Below, piece after piece: positions 1-11,100 of a stretch of 64,000 bases of DNA. The notes beneath the pieces are model-generated. The model searched no databases, was not told the origin of the DNA, and saw only the letters and a program-made list of their open reading frames with translations. The stretch lies in contig OZ316893.1 of the NCBI GenBank assembly GCA_973895155.1, positions 17,709,281 through 17,773,280 on the forward strand, in the 5' to 3' direction. Source of the DNA: Marsupella aquatica (lineage: Eukaryota > Plantae > Marchantiophyta). The translations under genes and the position numbers were made by a program. Position 1 is the stretch's first letter; each line of letters starts with the position of its first letter.

Positions 1-92
1 AAACCGGTTTGGTTTCTGTCCAGAACTTCCCGCTGAGGGATCATATACATTGGCAGTATTACTCTCCCCTAGACCAGAGTCAAGGGGAAGAT

Positions 93-513
93 TGTTGGGT
101 ATTTACTCTTACGTCTAGGTTAGGTATGACGTGGTTGGTACAACAACGTGGGTTGGTACAACTACGTGGTTAGGTACAACTACGTGATTAGGTACAACTA
201 TGTGGTTAGGTACAACTACGTGATTAGGTACAACTATGTGGTTAGGTACAACTAAGTTGCACACTATATCATAAGAGGCATGTGTGCTTGGAGAGGTAGA
301 ACCAAGGCTCATTGTTATGGAGCCACTTGAGAGATAGGGAAAGCTTACACTGTGGAGACTCGGTATAGCCGACGGGCTTAGAGTTCAGTAAAGCTCTCTT
401 GTGTGTTCCCGTGGACGTAGCCTCAAGGAGGTGAACCACGTATCTCTTGTGTCGACTATTGTGCGTTGGATGGTTCATGGGCTTGCCGTTGCGATCGTCG
501 TCTATGCTCAACA
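93..513 (+). mobile_element. 3' LTR of a Ty1/copia element whose body lies left of the window
   Basis: Starts TGTTGG and ends TCAACA. Preceded by the PPT AGTCAAGGGGAAGAT (78-92). Homologous to the LTRs at 1288-1630 and 19975-20317; bases 1-92 match the 3' UTR at 20318-20410 in reverse. Confidence 0.9.
130..255. repeat. 18-bp tandem repeat (GTGGTTAGGTACAACTAC) x7 inside the LTR
   Basis: GGTACAAC recurs with an 18-nt period; not expanded in the 343-bp sister LTRs. Confidence 0.9.
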
Positions 514-1039
514 GCCATGTCATCTCAGACAGGCCGCCAAGTTGCGGCGCCAAAAAAAATGCGGGAAAAAAATTTAGGGTCTTGGCTAGGTGTCTGAATG
601 GTACGGACACAAGATTTTGCCGGAATATGTTTTTCAAATATATGTTTTTCAAATTTTTTCCCTTTTTTTCATTTTCCCTTTTTTTTGGGTTTGTACGCCC
701 ATCTCGGCGAGGTCAGCTGAGATTGAGTCAATCTCATCTGCCCAACTAAGATGCACGGAGGTGCGAAGGCCTCATCTCAGTTGAGTTTAAGAAATTTAAA
801 GGCAGCAAAACTGATAACTGATACCAACCACTAATTACCGATGATGTTGCGTACCCCCACAAATACACTATACCACAACTTGCCCCCCTAACTAGTGGTT
901 AGGTCCTCTAACTCCCAGGTAGCCCTATCCATCTACTACATGGTATACACCTTTGTGGGTGCACGAACCATAAGCCAGGCCGGGTGCTATGTTGCCCCAT
1001 CATTACTAGCTCATCTGCAATTCAAACCATGTGAAGATC

Positions 1040-1287
1040 AAGTCATCTACCTCCTAAGTACACCAAGGACAAACCCATCATCTAGTAGGTGGAGTCAAGC
1101 ACTACATGTGCTAACCCCTAGAACATCTATCACACACCAACATATGGGTTGCTTCACTTGCAGACCCACATAACATGCACCTCAAGCTTGCACGTATACT
1201 GCCAAGCTTGGGTCCATTGTACCATCCATGTTTTAGAGGTGACACGGGAGGTGATATGACACAATTATGCACATGGGCCTTCCAAAC
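1040..1287 (-). pseudogene. C-terminal end of a Ty3/gypsy integrase with a PHD finger
   Basis: Minus strand reads ..PCHL*NMDGTMDPSLAV / LRCMLCGSASEATHMLVCDRCSRG*HM*CLTPP..WVCPWC (C4HC3 pattern with stops). Joins the 5398-6880 remnant across the copia insertion. Confidence 0.75.
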
Positions 1288-1632
1288 TGTTAGGTATTTA
1301 CTCTAGGTCTAGGGTTATGACATGTAACCATAGTTAGACTAACCGTAATCATAGATGTGGTTAGGTTAACTAGGATGCACACTATATGCCAAGCGATGTT
1401 TCCTTGGATAAGTGGAACTTAGGCTCATTGTTATGGAGCCACTCGAGAGATGAGGAGAGCTTACACTGTGGAGACTTGGTATGGCCGACGGGCTTAGAGT
1501 TCAGTAAAGCTCTCTTGTGTGTTCCCGTGGACGTAGCCTCGAGGAGGTGAACCACGTATCTTTTGTGTCAATTACTTGCACGTTGGATGTGTCATGTGCT
1601 TACCGCTATAAGTGTCATCTACGCTCAACAAT

Positions 1633-1644
1633 TGGTATCAGAGC
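1633..1644 (+). promoter_or_regulatory. Primer binding site (initiator tRNA-Met)
   Basis: TGGTATCAGAGC 2 nt after the LTR end. Confidence 0.92.
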
Positions 1645-4600
1645 ATGCCTGGGAGGTGACATTGTTCGTGAAGGGATTTCGTGATGGGTTTTTCCAGTGT
1701 TGAGTGTCGGTGGATTTTCCGGAGTTCCGTCGCATGGAACTTGGAGTTTATGGGCTCAATAGATAGATCGGGGCAAGGGCTTTCTAACGGTGTGAAGAAA
1801 TTGCTGAACGAAGCTCGTGGTGCGGAGAGATCTAAGATTTTGTCATTTTGGATTTTGTAAAGAAAGTCGGCAACATTCGTGTTCGACGGTTTTTTGGAGG
1901 AGGGACCAGAGTTTGTTTTCTTGATGGTGTGAGCTCTACGGCAAAGGAGGTGTTGCATGTTGTAGCTTTGCTTGTAGATCGGGATGAGCTGATCGTTTTG
2001 GTAGATGGTTTGTTGCCGAGTGTGTAACGAGTGCGTCGCAACGAGCAAAAGAAGCATTCTGATTTTCTGACCGGCTATGGAGTCCTCTTTTGCCTGAGCA
2101 AGGTTTCTTGTCATTGCACTCGACTCGGAGGGAGAGATGTGAAGTGCTTGGGCTGAATGGAGAGATCACAAAGAGGTGATTGTTTTGAGTCCAAGATTGA
2201 CATTTTTGCCCACGGGAGGAAGGAGTTCTGAGTTTTTGCCACTGATTGACCAGAAAATGGTGCGGGTGCGCAAATCTTTCCAACCCACCAACATTGGTTT
2301 CTGACTCCTCACCGTAATCCGAACGTTACAAGGTGCAAGCTCTTCTCGTTTGATTTCCACAAGGTTTTTTGGATTTCTTACGGGCCAATTTTTTGTTTGA
2401 AAAATGCTCTCTCTCTCTCTCTCTTTGTATCATAAGAGAAACATGGACGTTGCGTAAAAGCCACAAAATAAAAGATGGCAGAATAGATGCACTGACATCT
2501 AACATTTTTTCTCTGGGAAGGGATAACCCCCAGAATATGATATCTCTTGGAACCCTATGATCATAAGCAGATAAGGGGCACAGAGGGCCACCAAACAGGA
2601 CACGACACTTTTATAGGGATTTAGGGAAAATACCCTAAAAACGCCGCCAGAGCAACGGCTATACTACTCCTGCAGGGTTTAGTAAGACACAACATCCTGT
2701 GCACACTCTAGGCTACGACGCTTTCCTTTTGTAAACAATGTATACACTATAGATTGTTCCTGCATGCTCTAAAAGCTCTGTAATCAACTTTTTGCTGCCT
2801 GGTGAGAATCGTGACTCAACACTGAGCACTGATCATGGGAGGGGAACAACAACAGTCTGTGCAAGTGTGACTGGAGCACAATGAGCGACAAGGCTAAAAA
2901 GGTGATCTATCCAATCACTTGAGAACGGTAAATTGACATTTGTCCTGCACTTTGACATTCTACGTGTAATCGATTAGAATATGGCTAAAGAGGTAAATAT
3001 GGTGATGTGACTCGTTTTTCCCTAGTCCATGTCTCCCCGTAGCCCTCCGGACAATGCTACAGAAACATGGGACCTGAAATCACAACTTTTACGTTTTATT
3101 TTTGCCCAGTGACGGGGGCTGAATGAAGGCACCGGGTATGTGGATCATTTCGGTCAAATGATCCCTAGGGAAAAAGCATGGCCTATGCTTAGTGTGTTTG
3201 ACCTGACATTAGAGTACGTTGTCCATCACCCAATAATCCTATGTGTAACTGATTGCACTGGATTTCATCTAAAAAGATAGGCGTTGCTTACACTTATCTG
3301 CTACTGTACACTTGACACTGGGAATAACGATAATGTTTGGAGTCTATGCTGCTATGTATGAATCACTTTTTGAAGCGCATGAGGCTCTGTGTGATCAAAC
3401 TCGATCTATGAAGTAATGATATGCGTATATATATGGGGTATGTGTATGCACTTGTGATATATATATTTCTTTAAAGAAAAGTATGGGCATTAGTAACAAT
3501 CGGTCCTGATGAGTATCGGGGTGTGATTATATGTGTATGCATATATATTGATCTCTCTCTCTAGAGACCTCCATTGCACATTGCAAAGAAATTTCTTTGG
3601 GGCCCTTGCCGGTGACGGGTGTGAATTTGACTTCTTTGGTGGTTATTTCCTTTGTGTTTTTTTGGGGGTCCACCCACTTTTGTGTATACACACACAAACT
3701 TGTGTGTATACACACCTTTTAGACCCTGCCCACCCCTCTCTTGACACGCGCCCTCCCCATCGCGACTCCTCCCTCCCTACATACATCGTCCCCCCCTCCC
3801 CGTTGCAACTCCTACCCTCCCGCCTTCCCCTCCCCGGTGTGTGCGCGCCCCCCCCACGGCCGGCCGGCCGACTTTCGGCTGCTCTTAGTCGTTGCTGCGA
3901 CTTCCGCGCCCCGGCCCATCTCCTCGGCAGCCTGCAGCCGTGGCGGCTGCCTGGTATTCCCGGCCTGGCCCAATCGTACGCCCTCCCCACCTACGCGCTC
4001 GTCTTCCACCCCCGGCCCGACCCCATACACCCTGTTTTTTCCCAAGAGGGGCTTTAAACCCCCTTTAGGCCTTAATTTTTATTTCTTTTCCTCCCTCCCC
4101 ATTGGCTGCCGCATCCCGGGACCTGCCGCCCTCCACTTTAACCGCTTGGACAGGGGGAATGGCCCCCTGTGAGCCTTGCTGCTTTGTGCGGGAATATTCC
4201 CAAAAAATAGAGAGCGTGTTTTTGGCCGTCCGTCAAAGATTCTGTCTGCCAAACGGTAACTTTTTTTGTTTGTCTTTGGCAAGTTGCTAGCCATCAAAGT
4301 TGGCAACGCGGTGCACAAATTGAATTGCATTTCCGACGTTGGGTACTAATTCACTTTTTGGTTATTCCCCGAGGTGGTCAAAACGGGGGAGAATTCCAAG
4401 TTTTATCCACCCCGACCGAAAAGTGAATAACTTTTACGTCGGAGTTCGATTTTGATTCTGGTTTTCAGCATTGGAAAGCTAGGATCATGGGCTACGTGGC
4501 GGTGATAAGTTTTGAGTTTTTGGAGAAGTTGAGAAAACGTCATTTTTTCTTGCATTCTCACATGAGTGATTTGGAGGAGATTTTCGAAGACGTGGAGCTT

Positions 4601-4717
4601 GAAACACGAGGATCACCACGGCAATTTGAGATGGAGAGAGAGGAGCAGGAGGAAGCACACGTGACACCAATACGATCACCGGTACAACGAGTAGAGGGGA
4701 TTGTGAAGGAAAAATAA

Positions 4718-5137
4718 ATGGCATCCAGGTTAGGAGGTGTCAAGTTTGAGGTGGAAAAGTATGATGGGCGTACAGACTACTTGCTCTGGGAGAAGCAAGT
4801 GAAAGAAGTTCTTTGTGCTATGGGCCTAGATCATCTTCTTTCTACACGAGAGATGTATGATGATGAGGAGGAGATTCCACTCAAGAGGTGGAGGCAGGAA
4901 CAAGTAAATGCGGTGATGCTTTATCTGAAGCCGCATATCATCAAGAAGTTGGATGACTATGCGGATTGTGCATCTCTGTTCAAAGCCCTAAGGAAGAAAT
5001 ACTATCGGGAGGATGCATCAGACAGATTATACAATAAGTCTCTCTTGATGAGCCTTAGGCTCAAAGAGGGGAACAAACTTCATGATCACTTGGATAAATT
5101 TGACAGCCTAGCTGTTCCTTGGAATCGAAGCCATTAA
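4718..5137 (+). pseudogene. gag: Truncated copia gag (N-terminal DUF4219/UBN2-type region)
   Basis: VKFEVEKYDGRTDYLLWEKQVK...LMSLRLKEGNKLHDHLDKFD. Homology breaks at ~5112. Confidence 0.85.
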
Positions 5138-5397
5138 ATATATTTCAGTCCCCCCGCGAAAAGCCCCACGGGGAGGGCGCACAAACAGAACATATTGTTA
5201 TGGAGCCACTTGAGAGATGAGGAGAGCTTACACTGTGGAGACTTGGTATGGCCGACGGGCTTAGAGTTCAGTAAAGCTCTCTTGTGTGTTCCCGTGGACA
5301 TAGCCTCGAGGAGGTGAACCACGTATCTCTTGTGTCGATTACTTGCACGTTGGATGTGTCATGTGCTTACCGTTACGAGTGTCATCTATGCTCAACA

Positions 5398-6880
5398 CAA
5401 ACAACACCATCACAACCCTCCAACATGAGAACTCCATAAGCTACCACCTCCCTCATGTGTAGGATACTGTGTCCTACTGTCACATCCAACATTGTCCGTG
5501 CAGTCTGCTGCAAATAGACATAGTCCCCCATGCCCACATGGAACCTACAAATCAATAACCTCCACCTCGACTGATTGCATATTGCAGTGTATCTCTATGT
5601 TGAGCAATCGCAAGGTTCTCAAAGGCTGTTGGCATAACTCTCCAAAAGAGCTCTGCCATTTGAGAACACACCCTCATCCACATCTCTGGGTCATCAAGGT
5701 TCACCACCTCACTAGACTCTTGATAAATTACAACCAGCAAGTCTGGATCTTGGCCGTACAATAGATTATAAAGTGAGAAGGAAGCCAAGAATGCTTGATG
5801 ACTGAACCTATACCCCATGGCCAACATGGCAACTGAATGTCTCAGTCTCCAAGATGCCTTTTTTGTAGGCCATACTTGCACAATCCCCTCTTCACCATTT
5901 GAACAACACGCTCAGCCAAACCATCTGCCTCTGGATGATCTTGAGACGTGGTCTGGTTATTGACCAACACCTTATCACACAAGACCTAAAACTCACCTTG
6001 AAACTCCGTACCCTGGTTGGTCAGCACTTCAATTGGTGCACCAAAATGACTCAACACTCTATCAAGAGACGCATATGTCGTTCTCTCACTTGCCTTGTCA
6101 GGTAATGCCACCAACTCAATCCACTTGGAGAAGTGCTCCACCATCACTCACACATTCCGATGATGTCGTATAGTCGATAGTAATGGTCCTGCAAAGTCCA
6201 CACTCCAACGGTAACCCAACCACATAATAGGCAAGGGGTGTATACGTAACTGTGGTGTGGGGGCATTGAATGATGCCCTCACCCTATCACAAAGCACACA
6301 ACGTGACACCAACTGCTGCACCACGCCACCAATATTGGTCAAGAAGTAAGCTTTAAACCCCACACTTTACTCCAAAATGTCTCAACTCTTCATGAACCGC
6401 ATAATGTGCACTCTTTGAGCTAGATGGTCTACCATCCTCCCACACACGTAGAATATGTGTACCCTCCAATCGGTACCTCCTAGCACGTTGGAGAACATCA
6501 TCTCGCTCCTTGGCACTCACTATGCTTGGCACCCTATTGGTCTATTAGAACACCAACACCAATACATCATCATGAATATCACCTTGATCCATACCACCAT
6601 CTCCAACCTTAGGATTTGGAGATTGGCCATCTATTCTCTGCCGAGAGTAAGATGTCATGTGATCCTCTGTACTCTATCCACCCCAACTAACACAAGAAGG
6701 CAGATGCATGTCAACCTAATACCATCTCCTCATCAACATCACCATGCCATCTAGCTTCAATCTCATTCTCCTGGCTAGTGCATGGGTTCCTACTCAACCC
6801 ATCAGCATCAAAGTTGGCAATTCCATGGCTATGCAAAATGTGAAAGTAGTATTCCCAAATAAGAGTCTATAGTGCAAGCT
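5398..6880 (-). pseudogene. pol: Degenerate Ty3/gypsy pol (RNase H end + integrase)
   Basis: HGIANFDADGLSRNP (RNase H end), CVLCDRVRASFNAPTPQL..PLPIMWLGYRWSVDFAGPL (integrase zinc finger/core), AFENLAIAQHRDTLQYA..RGGGY; many stops and frameshifts. Confidence 0.85.
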
Positions 6881-7103
6881 TCTCATGCTAATAAAGAAAA
6901 ACATACCTACTAAAAACAAAGAAATTAAAGGAATTGAAATAAATTACTAAAGTGGAAATAATGCATGTGAGAAGTATAGAATAAACTAAATTAATATAAA
7001 AAATATTGCAAACAATTTGAATAAGAGTAGTCATACCATGTTCCTCCATATAGCAGCTTCAAACCATTGTATTAGGTGAAGTGCCCTAAACCTTTTGTTC
7101 CCA

Positions 7104-7283
7104 AAGCTTGGCCTCAAATTGGAACTACCCCATACTTTGGATTAGGACAATGGTAATTAAATTCCAGATCTGATGCTTTGGATTCCTCCACCAAGCTTGG
7201 CCTCGAATTGGAACTACCCCATACTTTGGAATCAGGACAATGGTAATTAAATTCCAGATCTCTGATGCTTTGGATTCCTCCAC
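7104..7283. repeat. ~89-bp tandem duplication
   Basis: AAGCTTGGCCTC..TTGGAACTACCCCATACTTTGG...GATTCCTCCAC occurs twice in tandem. Confidence 0.85.
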
Positions 7284-8120
7284 GAGTAAACGAAGGGAAT
7301 CCAACCTTACATCTCAAGCACGCCAAGACAGAAAAAACCTCACTTCATGACAAATGAGAGCAAACAGCTCCCAAGAAACTGCAATCAAACCTCTCATAGT
7401 GACCAGACACCCTGCCTCACCTTCCCATAGAGGAAGCAGGTCCACCTTGGCGTATTGTATCATTCTGCTGAGCTACAATCCCATGCTTTAGACATTTGAT
7501 GAACAATGTCGATGCCAGGAACAGAAAATGGGACCCTCAGCAATTCCTTGCAATTAACTCAAGAAGTAAGAGTACGTAGGCTTTCCCGTAAACAGTTAAT
7601 CGTCTAAGGTAGGAAAGTATGATGACTTTTCATTTCAGTATCGAAGGGTTCGGAAACAATTAATATATAAGTGCTAGTAAAACCTCACCAAAATAACCTC
7701 GCTGTGTAGAACATCTTAGCGTCCAGGTATTCTAGGATATGTACATGAAGGTGCAGAAAAAACACTTTCCATCGTAGTGTACCACAGTCACAACGAGCGC
7801 GCAAATAATCTGCGTCTTTCAAGCGCATAGCCCCTTGGGACACTCTGGTCTTCTCGCATTGGCCAGAGGACAGAAATGAAGATAACTAGACTTCGTGGAT
7901 ATCGTGGAACGTCCATCTTGTCAACAAGGTGGATGTTTTATTGCCCGTATAAGTTTCATAAAATACATCATATTCAGAAGATGCAAACATGGGTTACGGT
8001 ACAAGGCGGGTCGACTCCTAAGGTCGGCTAACGGACCACGGCAGTGCTACCCAAGAGTTGACTCAAAACTGAAATTGTATATTTTACTGTAAATGGAAGA
8101 GGGTCGGGAGAGAACAAATG

Positions 8121-11100
8121 CTATTGCTCCCCGGTGCTTCCACTGCTGCTACCACAACCACCACTTTTCAGAGTCCCTCCCTCGACGCGAACGGTCAACT
8201 TAATTGCATGGCCCCCCGTGGACCTCATTACTTCCAGGCACTCTTCCAAGTCTGCATCGCAAGACAGTAACACCCATTCATCATCATCATCACAATACTT
8301 CAGACTCACGGCCTGCGCATGTAGCTTCAACCGGCTGGCCACCTCGTCTCGTACGTCCTGGTATCCAGAGCTCGGAAGGAGCTTAAACCTCACAGTATCT
8401 GATTCGTATGTAGCCTTGACTATGGTCGAACTCTCCTCGAGCCCAGATGGAGAAGTCTTGTGGTGCGAGCCAACTCCAGAAGATGGAGAGCCGCAGTCAC
8501 TTCCTCGGGCAGAGGAACTAAGATTATGTGACGATCCTCCATCCACACCTGAAGAACTATGGTTCTGGCCATCTTCTACATCCTCATTTCCAGTGCTTAT
8601 ATATAGAGCTCTGTAATCGCTTGCTAAACCTGCAAATCCTAATCGACTGCTACCCAAACTCTTCTCATCGCCATTTCCACCCCGCAAAGCTGAGAATGCA
8701 GCACCACCTCCATGTACTCGGTCCTCACCTGAATGGGACTTACTCCTCGGAAAGCTTGTGCTATCCGATTTTAAGGTAACCCCGCGAGTGGCTTGAACCT
8801 GGCTGCAATCATCCTCCCTTGCAACATGCTGCACAGGTTGAGAGAGGCCCGTACCAGAAGATTCGAACGCTGCAGTTCCTCCTACGCTGCCCGCATCTCC
8901 ACCATTCCCACTAACCAGTATATCGGAATTGACAGCATCCGCGCCAAGGGGAATCTTACCGCCAGTTTTAGATGAACCAGGAGAGACCACCTTGCTATGC
9001 CAAGAAGGTACGGCTTTAATAGCTTCCTCCCTCCCAGCCTGACCTTCCACGGAGGAGGGCCTTGTCTGTTCAGTTCCTCCTACACCAGCTGTGCGACTAG
9101 CTCCACCAGACGCGGGGGTAGTAGCCCAAGACACAGTCCAATTGTTCCTCGTCCCAACACCACTTTCTTGACCCAACTGCACCCCGCTCACAGCAGCTGC
9201 TGCGGCGGCAGCGGCAGATGCAAGGTCAGCGTTGATCCTCAGTGCACCTTCGGCACATTGGACAGAATCGATCACCCCTTGCAGCTTCTTCAACGACCTG
9301 CTCACCTTATTAATTTTGCGGGACGGCCATCTCGATATACCATGCTGGCGGCATATTCTTTTCAACGTAGTAGGGCATACTGCACACAAGGACGAGTGTT
9401 AGGCCGCACAAAACCACAATCATGTAGCGCCCCAACCCTCTCACAGTCTTCTAATTCCCACAAACCATAGAAAGAAGACCCCTATCAAATACGGAAGTAT
9501 GTTCGACAAACAGGCTTGAGGTAACTTCAGTCGCAGAATTCAATGTCCATGAGACCTGTTCGTACATTGAAATTCGTCGGAGTCAAGTATGTAGAAAATT
9601 TCAAACCAGCAATCCCTGGATGCTTGAAGGCTCAAACAATTGGGACACCTATTCGTACATTGAGATTCGTCGGAGTTAAATATGTAGAAAATTTCAAGCC
9701 AGCAATCCCTGGATGCTTGAAGGCTATAAAACAATTGGGACACCTATTCGTACATTGAAATTCGTCGGAGTCAAATATGTAGAAAATTCCAAGCCAGCAA
9801 TCCCTGGATGCTTGAAGGCTAAAACAATTGGTACAGCTTTCCATTATAGAAATGGAAGCGCATAGAAGGACTAAGAGTGAATCGTGACAGCATCACACGT
9901 AAATTATTGGAATTTGTTCATCCTTGCACAAACTATTCCATTTGCATCAAAATGATGTTATCAGATCAGACCATGAACATGATGGGTTGGGTGAATTTAA
10001 CGTAATATTACTATCGTACAATAATACTCCACATAATCCGTACCACACTACCGTCCTAACGATCGGTTCTGCTCAAGGCTGTGCGCGAGTAAGAACTTTT
10101 AGAGCGACGCACAATCTCAGCTGTCAGGCCAGACAACGATCGGCTGAGATGAAACGTTTCTCCAGATCCTAAACCCTGGATTTTAGTATTCCAAGATAAT
10201 AAAAATTTAAAAATTACTACGGCACCGCACCAGTCGAGAAGAAACAGTTTGGCTGAATCAGCCACGTGTCCCTGGATGTGGTTTCTCACCAACCGGCATT
10301 TTCAGCAAACTACGTTCCCAGACCCTGCGGACTTCTGCTCAAGGGATATGTGCAGAGTATCGCTGGTGATAGCCCAAGGTAGATATGGTGTGAAGGTTCG
10401 ATGGCCCTCATAACAGTACCCATCTATAATTGCGCAGGATCAACAAAACCTCTGGAGATCGGACGGGCCAATATACCTCTGATAGCGAGCACAGAAGGAG
10501 AATTGGTCTGGCGTAGGAAAGAAGGGTAAAATACCGATGGTAATGCGTAACCCGGTGGGTAGGCCTCTAGGCAAAAGATCACAGTACTTTCATCCGGTAT
10601 ATATGACATTCCGATTGTACTTGTGCCTCCCAGAAAAACCGCAAGAGCAAATCTCTGGAAATGAGAACAGAATGGTCCCCGCAGACGCGTCAAGAAAGGG
10701 AATATCGGTGACAAAGGGGAACCCAGTAGGTAATAAGCCCTACCACAGGAATTTCGTTCACAGTTTAGATGATTCTGCCTAAAGAGAGCCGTCAATGCGA
10801 GCAGCCTTAATGTTTGAAAGGCTTACAAGGACCCATAATAGTGTCCTAGTGTACAGAATTTTGGTCAATGCTCACCAGGGGTTCAAACCCTACCACCCTG
10901 GTCATGCTAGCGGAGTTCACGACGTAAACCCGAGTACGTCACTGACCCAAATTTCCTCAACGAGCCAATTTCAGAATGCCAATTGACATTAACTAAACGA
11001 AGGTCTGAAGTTCACCAACATTACTTGCCAGAAATTCCACTTTGCCTGGCATGAAATCTTGCCGTAGGCCACGATAAATAAAAGCGGTACAAGGTAACTC

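Larger units (their letters stand above)
1288..5397 (+). mobile_element. Internally deleted Ty1/copia element with 5-bp TSD (CAAAC)
   Basis: 5' LTR 1288-1630 (TGTTAG...TCAACA), PBS, gag 5' part, then a 5'-truncated 3' LTR ~5194-5397. CAAAC at both 1283-1287 and 5398-5402. Confidence 0.9.

Noticed and set aside
115-312. ORF with VVPNH repeats
   Set aside because: Translation artefact of the 18-bp LTR tandem repeat.
3533-4330. Overlapping Pro/Arg/Gly-rich ORFs
   Set aside because: GC-rich low-complexity tract inside the copia interior; no recognisable domain.
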